Assembly: GCA_021815785.1 (NCBI GenBank)
Contig: JAKAZS010000003.1
Location: 1,111-65,110 of the forward strand
Origin: a bacterium
GTDB lineage: Bacteria > Cyanobacteriota > Vampirovibrionia > Obscuribacterales > JAKAZS01
Length of the DNA stretch: 64,000 nucleotides
Direction: 5' to 3'
Below the pieces are notes generated by a model. The model was not told the origin of the DNA and searched no databases. It saw only the letters and a list, made by a program, of their open reading frames with translations. This document shows positions 53,764 through 61,176 of the stretch, piece by piece (position 1 is the stretch's first letter; every line of letters begins with the position of its first letter). The position numbers were made by a program, and so were the translations under genes.

Positions 53764-53873
53764 GGTTTAATTCCCATCTATCTACCTGCTACCTGCTACC
53801 TGCTACCTGCTACCTGCTACCTGCTACCTGCTACCTGCTACCTGCTACCTGCTACCTGCCCGCCATTATTAAA
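53764..53873 (+). repeat. partial duplicate of the tRNA-Sec 3' end plus 8 nt of 3' flank, interrupted by a heptamer array (att-like scar)
   Basis: GGTTTAATTCCCATCTATC [array] CCGCCATTATTAAA compares with GGTTCAATTCCCATCTATCCCCGCCATTATTAAA at 53713-53746. There is one substitution, and a 76-77-nt insertion sits inside the C-run of the acceptor 3' strand. Confidence 0.85.
53783..53859. repeat. 11 perfect tandem copies of the heptamer TACCTGC
   Basis: Counted directly: 77 nt with no variant units. Confidence 0.95.
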
Positions 53874-53912
53874 TTATTTATAAAATTTAAAGAATTTAGC
53901 GCCGAAAAAATT

Positions 53913-53941
53913 TTGACAGAATACATTAAATTGTATTAATA
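53913..53941 (+). promoter_or_regulatory. candidate sigma70-type promoter for the Xer-like recombinase gene
   Basis: TTGACA (53913-53918), a 17-nt spacer, then TTAATA (53936-53941). Read by eye only. Confidence 0.35.
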
Positions 53942-53960
53942 TTAATCCGGCTAACTTATT

Positions 53961-54917
53961 CTGATAAATTTTCAAAAGGTTTTAAATATAATTACAAAAT
54001 CCCATTACCATAATTTATTATCTGAATTTTCAGCATATTTACTATATGAACGTAATTATTCTGATAAAACCGTTACGGCCTATTGTCATGACGTAATTGA
54101 TTTTATCAACTTTACCTATCCCAACTTTACTGACACTATCGATAATGAAAATTTTTATACGAGCAATTTGGCTAATTTAACGATTAATGACATTAGAATG
54201 TATTTAAATCAATTGCGGCAAAATTACGGCAAATCAAGTTATGCCCGCAAATTATCTTCATTAAAAAATTATTTTAATTATTTAGTTCGAGGCAAAAAAC
54301 TAGCCCATAACATCTTTAAAGAAATTAAGACGCCTAAATTAAACCGAAAATTACCATTACTTTTAAATAAAAATGAAATTGACAAACTAATAAAAGCCTG
54401 TGAGAAAGAAGAATTTGGCTTAAGGGACCAAGCACTTATTGAAGTTCTTTACGCTTCAGGAATTCGGGTTAGTGAATTAGTCAATTTAAAAGTTACTGAT
54501 TATAACAAATCACAACTAGAACTTATTGTATTTGGCAAAGGCGCAAAAGAAAGACTTGTCTTACTAACGAATGAGGCCAAACAAAGTCTGGAAAAATATC
54601 TTACTTGTTTGCGCCCTCGACTGTTACAAAACCCTGCTCAGACAGCATTATTTGTCAACAAATATGGCAATAAACTTACAACCAGAAGTATTGAGCGTTT
54701 AATCAAGAAATACAGCAAATTGGCCAAGTTGTCAAAGGTGGTATCACCCCATACCTTAAGACATTCATTTGCCACACATTTACTTGAAGGTGGAGCCGAT
54801 TTACGGGTAGTTCAAGACCTTTTAGGACATGCTTCAATTAGTACCACGCAAATATACACTCATGTGTCATTGGATCGCCTGAAAAGAATTCATAATTTAT
54901 ACCACCCACGCGCTTAA
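53961..54917 (+). CDS. XerC/XerD-like tyrosine recombinase; the N-terminal core-binding domain lies upstream of the track's TTG start and has no canonical start codon
   Basis: C-terminal catalytic domain ASGIRVSELVNL, HTLRHSFATHLLEGGADLRVVQDLLGHASISTTQIYTHV, ends HPRA. The frame stays open back to 53955 and encodes LLSEFSAYLLYERNYSDKTVTAYCHDVIDFINF (SAM-like N-domain motif). No ATG, GTG or TTG occurs in frame between 53955 and 54167. Candidate starts are CTG 53961, ATA 53988 and ATT 53991, the last two with AAGG 8-11 nt upstream. Confidence 0.75.
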   Translation: MINFQKVLNIITKSHYHNLLSEFSAYLLYERNYSDKTVTAYCHDVIDFINFTYPNFTDTIDNENFYTSNLANLTINDIRMYLNQLRQNYGKSSYARKLSSLKNYFNYLVRGKKLAHNIFKEIKTPKLNRKLPLLLNKNEIDKLIKACEKEEFGLRDQALIEVLYASGIRVSELVNLKVTDYNKSQLELIVFGKGAKERLVLLTNEAKQSLEKYLTCLRPRLLQNPAQTALFVNKYGNKLTTRSIERLIKKYSKLAKLSKVVSPHTLRHSFATHLLEGGADLRVVQDLLGHASISTTQIYTHVSLDRLKRIHNLYHPRA

Positions 54918-54967
54918 ATTAGCATATCTACTAACTGCGTGCTTAATCTAAGATCTCGTTTTAATTT

Positions 54968-55072
54968 ACCAAAATCAAATTAAATCTATCCTGATTATTA
55001 TTATTTTGATAGCGAAAGCGACAGCTGTAGTCATTGGTTAACAAAATCAAATTAAGGCTATCCTAATTACTA
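54968..55072. repeat. 33-bp imperfect direct repeat pair between the convergent xer-like and rlmB-like genes
   Basis: ACCAAAATCAAATTAAATCTATCCTGATTATTA (starts 54968) versus AACAAAATCAAATTAAGGCTATCCTAATTACTA (starts 55040), 28 of 33 identical by eye. An ACAGCTGT palindrome lies between them. Confidence 0.6.
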
Positions 55073-55096
55073 CTTGTAACTTACAGGTCGATTTCA

Positions 55097-55981
55097 CTAA
55101 TTTACATAAGCTTGACGATAAATTTCATATAAAATTATCGAGGCAGCTACTGAAACATTTAATGACTCAGTTTTACCAAGCATGGGAATCTTAATCATAA
55201 AATCACATTCTTCTTTAACCAGGCGGGAAATTCCACTGCCTTCAGCACCTAAGACTAAGACCATAGGATAGGCCAGTTTAGCTTCATATAAATTTTCTTG
55301 AGCACTAGCATCTAGCCCAGTTATCCAATAACCAAGCTTTTTCAACTCTTTGAGACTGCGGACTAAATTAACAACCTCGATAATCGGGAAATAAGCCATA
55401 GCACCACTACTAGCCTTAATGGAAATTGCATTAATTGTAGCAGTCCGACGTTTGGGCACAATTACCGCTAAAGCTTTGACGGCCTCAGCCGTTCGGATAA
55501 TAGCTCCCAGATTGCGCGGATCTTCAATACCATCAAGTACTAGAACGCAACTGGCCGGGTTGGCTGACTGATTTCGTGGATTAGACTTACTTAAGTCAGC
55601 AAAAAAATCACTAAATTCAACCGCATTAATCGTCGTTAACTGAGCTACAACACCTTGATGATTATCCTTACTTTGGATCATTCGCTCAAGTTTAAATTTT
55701 GAACAATCCTGAACAATAATACCCAATTTAACTGCCATGTGTTTTATAGCCTTTAATTTAGCATCATTAGCCATATCATTGGCCATGAAAATTTTCGAAA
55801 TCCGCCAGCGTTTGTCATCGCTAGGTACAGTTTGTTCGAGTTCGTTTTCTTCAGCGTTTAATCTCGATAAATACTCCCAAACTGGATTTTTGCCATAAAT
55901 TATATTGGCTAAATTTTCATATTCACTATCCATACCTGGTGAGATAAAATTGTTTTGCGTATTATTGCGGTTTCGCTTCAT
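55097..55981 (-). CDS. rlmB: SpoU/TrmH-family RNA 2'-O-methyltransferase (RlmB-like)
   Basis: 294 aa. YGKNPVWEYL substrate-binding N-domain, DGIEDPRNLGAIIRTAEA, LVLGAEGSGISRLV, ESLNVSVAASIILYE. Confidence 0.85.
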   Translation of the reverse strand: MKRNRNNTQNNFISPGMDSEYENLANIIYGKNPVWEYLSRLNAEENELEQTVPSDDKRWRISKIFMANDMANDAKLKAIKHMAVKLGIIVQDCSKFKLERMIQSKDNHQGVVAQLTTINAVEFSDFFADLSKSNPRNQSANPASCVLVLDGIEDPRNLGAIIRTAEAVKALAVIVPKRRTATINAISIKASSGAMAYFPIIEVVNLVRSLKELKKLGYWITGLDASAQENLYEAKLAYPMVLVLGAEGSGISRLVKEECDFMIKIPMLGKTESLNVSVAASIILYEIYRQAYVN

Positions 55982-56043
55982 CAGAAAATAATGTATAAAA
56001 TAAATTAAGTATTAAAAGTTGGAAATAATTATTTTAAGATTTA

Positions 56044-56244
56044 ATGTTAATAGATATCCTATTTTTTGGTATGCCTCTATCAACTTGTATCATTTTAACA
56101 ATGGTAGCATTAAGGCATCGTGAAGTCTATTTTTTAAATTCGGCTATTTGCTTTGCATTATACTGCATCTTTTATCTAAGCTATGGCCGAGCCATAATAT
56201 TTTATTTGTGTTCGATGTTTATGATGGGTGGTGTTTTATTTTAA
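56044..56244 (+). CDS. possible small two-TM membrane protein (weak call)
   Basis: 66-aa hydrophobic ORF in an AT-rich spacer. It could be spurious. Confidence 0.25.
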   Translation: MLIDILFFGMPLSTCIILTMVALRHREVYFLNSAICFALYCIFYLSYGRAIIFYLCSMFMMGGVLF

Positions 56245-56253
56245 TTATCAGCT

Positions 56254-56505
56254 TTATTCAGCTGTTTTTTTCTTAACCGCCGCGTTAATAAAATGCCTGT
56301 TTTGTTGAGCTTCGGCTAATGAACGCATCGGGATATTATGTTTTTTAAGCCAGCGCGAAATAGTATTTGGGTCACACCACATCCCTTCTTCATCACGATA
56401 AGATCGAGCGATTTCCACAGTGCTTAATTTATCCTTGACATATTTTTGCATTAGCCAGTTTTTATCTTGATATAGAAATTTTGTTGATCTTAAGTTTTTT
56501 GCCAT
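56254..56505 (-). CDS. small basic protein with a helix-turn-helix-like segment
   Basis: 83 aa. KLSTVEIARSYRDEEGMWCDPNTISRWLKKHNIPMRS resembles an HTH with a recognition helix. No family assigned. Confidence 0.45.
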   Translation of the reverse strand: MAKNLRSTKFLYQDKNWLMQKYVKDKLSTVEIARSYRDEEGMWCDPNTISRWLKKHNIPMRSLAEAQQNRHFINAAVKKKTAE

Positions 56506-56648
56506 GAATTAATCCAATTAAAAATTTTAGGGTTATGCTATATATAGCTTATAATAAGATAGCTAATAAATACATACCTTCAATAAGCTTTCTTAAAACA
56601 AATAATTTATTTTTTAATTTTAGCTAACATCGTTGTCAGTATAAACCA

Positions 56649-58037
56649 ATGCGTAATATTCCTGATATTAATTCACTGTTAAATCACCCTCAATTATCGG
56701 GCAAATTAAAGCAAAACCTCTTAGCTAAATTAATTCGACAACAAATTAACATTTTAAAAGAAACATCTAAGGACAGTCTTAATTTAGCTGTTGACAAGAA
56801 TGAAAGATCGCTATTGACAAAAAAAATCATTACCGGGGTTTTAAAAGACGTCGAAAAATTAACTAATTATAATATTAAAAGGGTGATAAATGGCAGTGGG
56901 GTAATTTTAAATACTAATTTAGGCCGTTCCCCAATACCCCAAACCGTTGTTGAATATCTAAGTCAAAACCTAAACGCCTACCTTGATTTAGAAGTAGATA
57001 TCGAATCTGGTAAAAGAATTGAACGAACCCATAATGCTGAAAATTTATTGAAATTTTTAACCGATGCCCAAAGTTGTCTTATTGTGAATAATAATGCTGC
57101 AGCACTTACCCTAATTATTAACACATTTTCGCTTAATAAAGATGTAATTATTTCCCGAGGGGAATTAGTCGAAATTGGTGGCAATTTTCGCTTACCCGAC
57201 ATTATTGAGGCTTCCGGTGGGATTTTAAAAGAAATTGGCAGTACGAATAAGACTAAAATTACTGACTATGAAAAAGCTTTAAACAATGAAACTGGCTTAA
57301 TTTTAAAATGCCACAAATCTAACTTTAAGGTTTTAGGTTTTACCCAGGATGTTGATTTGTTAAGTATTAATCAACTAAAACGTAAAATTCCTTTAGTCTA
57401 TGATCTTGGTAGTGGTATTTTTGAAGGCTATTTAGACGTTAAACAAACAATGCCAATCAATGACTTTATCATCAACGCTAAAATGCTCCAACATCTTGAC
57501 CTGCTCTGCTTTTCTGCAGACAAACTACTAGGTAGTTTACAAGCCGGAATTATTTTAGGTAAGGAGAAATACATAAACAAACTTAGGATTAACCCACTTT
57601 ACCGTTCTTTGCGGCTAGACAAAGTATCAATTATGATTTTAGAAAAATGCCTGCAACTTTACCTTAAACAAGAATCCTTTGATGAGTTTCCGGGTTTAAA
57701 AGTCTTAAATATCGACAAAACCAATTTAAAGTCAACAGTACAGAATTTTATCAATTGGCTCAAACCTGAAATTAACTCGCTAATACTTAGACCTATTGAA
57801 ACGCAAGCAATTCTAGGTGGTGGTAGTATAAGCGACCTTAAACTTGATAGTTACGGATTAATTATTGAGTCAATGAAAAACCTTACCGCTAATTCTCTTA
57901 ATAAGTTTTTTCGCTTAAGCAAACCAGCCATAATTGGCCAAATTCAACACAATCAATATATAATTGACTTTGCGACTTTATTAAATGATGACTTGACTTA
58001 CCTAGCAAAGGCGATAAAGGAACTTGATTTAAGTTAA
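56649..58037 (+). CDS. selA: L-seryl-tRNA(Sec) selenium transferase SelA
   Basis: 462 aa. The PLP-lysine region LLCFSADKLLGSLQAGIILGKEKYINKLRINPLYRSLRLDK parallels E. coli SelA [20 protein letters not shown]...HPLKRALRADK. The N-terminal IPDINSLLNHP fits, and the length matches. Confidence 0.9.
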   Translation: MRNIPDINSLLNHPQLSGKLKQNLLAKLIRQQINILKETSKDSLNLAVDKNERSLLTKKIITGVLKDVEKLTNYNIKRVINGSGVILNTNLGRSPIPQTVVEYLSQNLNAYLDLEVDIESGKRIERTHNAENLLKFLTDAQSCLIVNNNAAALTLIINTFSLNKDVIISRGELVEIGGNFRLPDIIEASGGILKEIGSTNKTKITDYEKALNNETGLILKCHKSNFKVLGFTQDVDLLSINQLKRKIPLVYDLGSGIFEGYLDVKQTMPINDFIINAKMLQHLDLLCFSADKLLGSLQAGIILGKEKYINKLRINPLYRSLRLDKVSIMILEKCLQLYLKQESFDEFPGLKVLNIDKTNLKSTVQNFINWLKPEINSLILRPIETQAILGGGSISDLKLDSYGLIIESMKNLTANSLNKFFRLSKPAIIGQIQHNQYIIDFATLLNDDLTYLAKAIKELDLS

Positions 58038-58246
58038 ATATGGCTAAACTAAAAATTGTCAGTAGATCGAAGCATAATAACTCGAACTAATAGATTCTCT
58101 GATTGGAAAAGGCTTAAACAGGTAACACCTAAACAAAGTTAAGATTGATTAAGTATCAATTATTTGTCAAGCATGTTTTATCAGAAAATTAAAGGTTATA
58201 ATCATCCTTTAGTAATGCAAATTTATTTTTCAAGAGGTTGAATTAA

Positions 58247-58507
58247 ATGGAAGGTAACGATTTAAACAAAGCTTTAACTGATTTAAGCAATAAAATTGAT
58301 AGCCAGGCAAGATTTACGCGATCTTTAGTAGTAATATGTTGCATGGCAGGTATTGGAGTCATTTACTACACATTTATCCAATTATTTAACACCCTTCCTG
58401 ATCAAATAATTATGACTTATATGGGTAAACTAAGTGACATTCAAACACAGTGGAAAGTGATTGAGAATACTCAAAACAGAAATGCTGCAGCAAAGGCTAA
58501 TAAATAA
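58247..58507 (+). CDS. hypothetical small single-TM protein
   Basis: 86 aa with a central TM segment, LVVICCMAGIGVIYYTFIQLF. Confidence 0.45.
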   Translation: MEGNDLNKALTDLSNKIDSQARFTRSLVVICCMAGIGVIYYTFIQLFNTLPDQIIMTYMGKLSDIQTQWKVIENTQNRNAAAKANK

Positions 58508-58530
58508 TTTTTAATTATAATTTAAAACAT

Positions 58531-58572
58531 AAAAGTAGCCAAGTTAACTAATTAGTTAATATGGCTACTTTT
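58531..58572. terminator. bidirectional terminator hairpin between convergent genes
   Basis: AAAA-GTAGCCA-aGTTAACTAatTAGTTAAta-TGGCTAC-TTTT. The 3' arm overlaps the stop codon of the 771-aa gene. Confidence 0.55.
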
Positions 58573-60880
58573 GTAATAAGCGTTTTCGTCTTTCTACTTC
58601 AGCCTCAACTTCTTCAACTGAAATCGCATTTAAAGTCATTGGGCCAACACAGGTTTCTTTCCACGGTTGTCCTTCGAGTGCTTGTCGAACAATAACCTCA
58701 AATACCTGAGACCGTATACCAGTTCCATAATTACCAGAACCAAGCCCCCCTCCAGATACTGTAGTACTTCCGGCTTTTTTATAACTGAAATCATAAGTTG
58801 AAGCTTTATTCCCTTGCGCCAAACTAGGCATTTGATTAGCCGTTGAGGCTCCTGGCGATACTAAAGGGTTAACTGTTGGATTAGGAGTATTAAGCGCAAA
58901 GGCTGGATTACTTTCCTTAACTACCGGTTGATTCGGATTTAAAACTGGAGCAGTAATTTTTGGAGTTTGATTAACAGTTTGTTTGGCAATTACATTGTTT
59001 TGTTCTAATAAACCAGTCTGAACTGGCTTGTCAAACATTGGCCGAGCCGGACCGCTATCAAACAGTGATGGTGAATCTTCATCTACGGGGTTAGCATCAA
59101 AAAAACCCGGCTCAATAGTTTGTGCCTTATTTTCGGGCTTAAATAACGGTTTAGCCGGTTGGTTATTTTGAGCCACTACATTATCAGTTTTAACTGGCTT
59201 AATGTTAGCCTGAAGACTTTGGGTGGGGTTAGCTTTTAAATTTTGAATTTCATGTTGTAAATTTGCTGATTCAGTAGCTGATTTACTTAATTCTGATTGA
59301 AGATTAGTTATCATATCCTTATATTGATCCTTTAATTCTTCAATTTGAGCTTTGAGCTGGTTAACTTCCATGGTTTTATTCGATAATTCGTAGTCCTTAT
59401 TTTGTAAAATACTATCTTTTTCTACCAGTATTGAACTTTGATCATTAAATGAGTTATTTAATTCCGAAAATTTATTATTGAGATCTTCAAATTTGATTCT
59501 TAATTCATCACTGCCTTCAGCTAATTCTTGATCACGAATATTTAACTGTTCATTTAACAATTCTTCTTGTAATAATAAATTTTCCGTAAGCTTAGCATTG
59601 GCCTGTTTTAATTCATCAAGTTCTTTAAGTATTTTCGGATTTGGCATTGATTCAAATTGACCTGAGTTATTAACCGGCCCAGTCGATTGAACTGCATCAT
59701 AAGCCGCTCGAAACAAATTTCCGGCCAAACGTTGAGTACCCAAAAGTTCAACTAACCGATGTAATAAGTCAGCTGGATGATCATCAGGAAAAATTGACGT
59801 ATAAGCACATTTAAATGTCCAGGGATCAATTAAACCATTAGATAATTGATCTGCCAAATTAGTAATTAATTCATCAGGGGTAAATTTATTCTGATTATAC
59901 TGTTCTTGATCTAATTTGGAGTCAATAGCCGAAACTAGTTCGGATATAGCTGGAACCAATTCACCAACGGCTTGAAGTGGTTCTAATGCAGCTCCCAAAG
60001 AATCAATCAGAACAGTTAGGTTAACACCTAATTCACCAAGAGAATTAACATTAGAATTACTTTTGGTTTCAATAAACTCCTTAATCATATGATGAATTTG
60101 AGCAATATTGGTCGCACAAACATCGACGCCAAGATCAAGATTTTGAATTATGGCTAAAGTATCTTGACTTAATCCAGGATCATTTTTGAAGATTTCTTTT
60201 TCATCTTTATTAACAATTTCTGGAGATTTTTCCGTTGAATTGCCTTTATTTTTAGTCTTAACTGATTTAGTTGAAACATTATTAGAATTTACACTGGCAT
60301 TTTTTGAATTACTTTCAAGGTTAAAATTCAAACTTGCGTCATCTAAAACTAAATCTTCATGATTGGACAATGTTGGGGTTTCCTTATTAAATGTTAGATT
60401 TTGGGGAACAGTTTCTTCATGGTCAAAAATTTCATTATTAGCTAGATCTAAAGCCAATTCAGGACTAACAGTAATAACGTTTTGAGTCTTATGGTCAATT
60501 TGATAATTATTCATAGGATCTAAATTATCATCAAAAATGTTATTGACAATAATTTCATTAGTTTGGGATTCCAGCTGATTAAAAGTTGCTGGTTCAGCTG
60601 GATAATCAGTTGACTGGTTATAACTAACTTGTTGATTTGACACATTTTGCTGATTGTCAACTTGACTACTATTGCTTTGACCATTATTATTAGGATTATT
60701 GGCTGCTATATTTTGATTAACGTTAGCTCCAGCTGTACTCGGAAAAACGGCTAAACCAAAAGGGTCAGAAGACACAGCCTGTTTAGTTAATGTACCTCGA
60801 AGCCGAGCGCGGCGTTGAGCTAAAGATTCAGACTCATTGTTAGCTTTTGCTGATTGTCGATTATCTTCATTTGCTACCAT
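58565..60880 (-). CDS. hypothetical N/Q-rich protein with a long central coiled coil
   Basis: 771 aa. Disordered N/Q/S-rich N-terminal third, a helical middle and an extended heptad-like region (ELDELKQANAKLTENLLLQEELLNEQL...QLKAQIEELKDQYKDMITNLQSEL). A P/N-rich segment and a short conserved-looking C-terminus follow. Confidence 0.65.
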   Translation of the reverse strand: MVANEDNRQSAKANNESESLAQRRARLRGTLTKQAVSSDPFGLAVFPSTAGANVNQNIAANNPNNNGQSNSSQVDNQQNVSNQQVSYNQSTDYPAEPATFNQLESQTNEIIVNNIFDDNLDPMNNYQIDHKTQNVITVSPELALDLANNEIFDHEETVPQNLTFNKETPTLSNHEDLVLDDASLNFNLESNSKNASVNSNNVSTKSVKTKNKGNSTEKSPEIVNKDEKEIFKNDPGLSQDTLAIIQNLDLGVDVCATNIAQIHHMIKEFIETKSNSNVNSLGELGVNLTVLIDSLGAALEPLQAVGELVPAISELVSAIDSKLDQEQYNQNKFTPDELITNLADQLSNGLIDPWTFKCAYTSIFPDDHPADLLHRLVELLGTQRLAGNLFRAAYDAVQSTGPVNNSGQFESMPNPKILKELDELKQANAKLTENLLLQEELLNEQLNIRDQELAEGSDELRIKFEDLNNKFSELNNSFNDQSSILVEKDSILQNKDYELSNKTMEVNQLKAQIEELKDQYKDMITNLQSELSKSATESANLQHEIQNLKANPTQSLQANIKPVKTDNVVAQNNQPAKPLFKPENKAQTIEPGFFDANPVDEDSPSLFDSGPARPMFDKPVQTGLLEQNNVIAKQTVNQTPKITAPVLNPNQPVVKESNPAFALNTPNPTVNPLVSPGASTANQMPSLAQGNKASTYDFSYKKAGSTTVSGGGLGSGNYGTGIRSQVFEVIVRQALEGQPWKETCVGPMTLNAISVEEVEAEVERRKRLLQK

Positions 60881-61004
60881 TGATAATATTAATCCAGATT
60901 TCTAGTTTTTAAAGTTAAAATTGATTCTCATTTGATGATCTTATACCAATTTCCTGAATTTCCTAAACTGACCTATATTAAATGTGCATTTTAAGTGAAC
61001 AAAA

Positions 61005-61033
61005 TTGACATTAACATGCCTGGTGGCTATTAT
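61005..61033 (+). promoter_or_regulatory. near-consensus sigma70-type promoter upstream of the giant ORF
   Basis: TTGACA (61005-61010), a 17-nt spacer, then TATTAT (61028-61033), about 145 nt upstream of ATG 61177. Confidence 0.45.
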
Positions 61034-61176
61034 AACATTAAATATAACATTTTGTTAATAATTTTATATTTGCCATTGAATAGCTATTTTGGTGTTATTA
61101 CCATCAATAAGTTTAAAATTCTTAAAATCTTGGTATCAAATAGTTATATACAGCAACTAAATAGTAAAAAAATAAC

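Noticed and set aside
53764-53873. A second tRNA gene downstream of selC
   Set aside because: Only the T-arm 3' half and the acceptor 3' strand are duplicated, and they are split by the heptamer array. There is no 5' half, D-arm or anticodon arm.
53643-53939. 98-aa ORF (MGIALYWCKARSS...ATCYLLPATCYLLP...)
   Set aside because: It translates straight through the tRNA-Sec gene and the TACCTGC heptamer array. The open frame is explained by the RNA gene and the repeat.
53874-58037. A genomic island integrated at selC, beginning with the recombinase gene
   Set aside because: I found no further copy of the tRNA 3'-end sequence downstream in the window. The recombinase looks XerC/D-like (ending HPRA) rather than P4-type. 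The following genes (rlmB-like, selA) are housekeeping. The att-like scar is kept as a finding, but an extant island is not supported.
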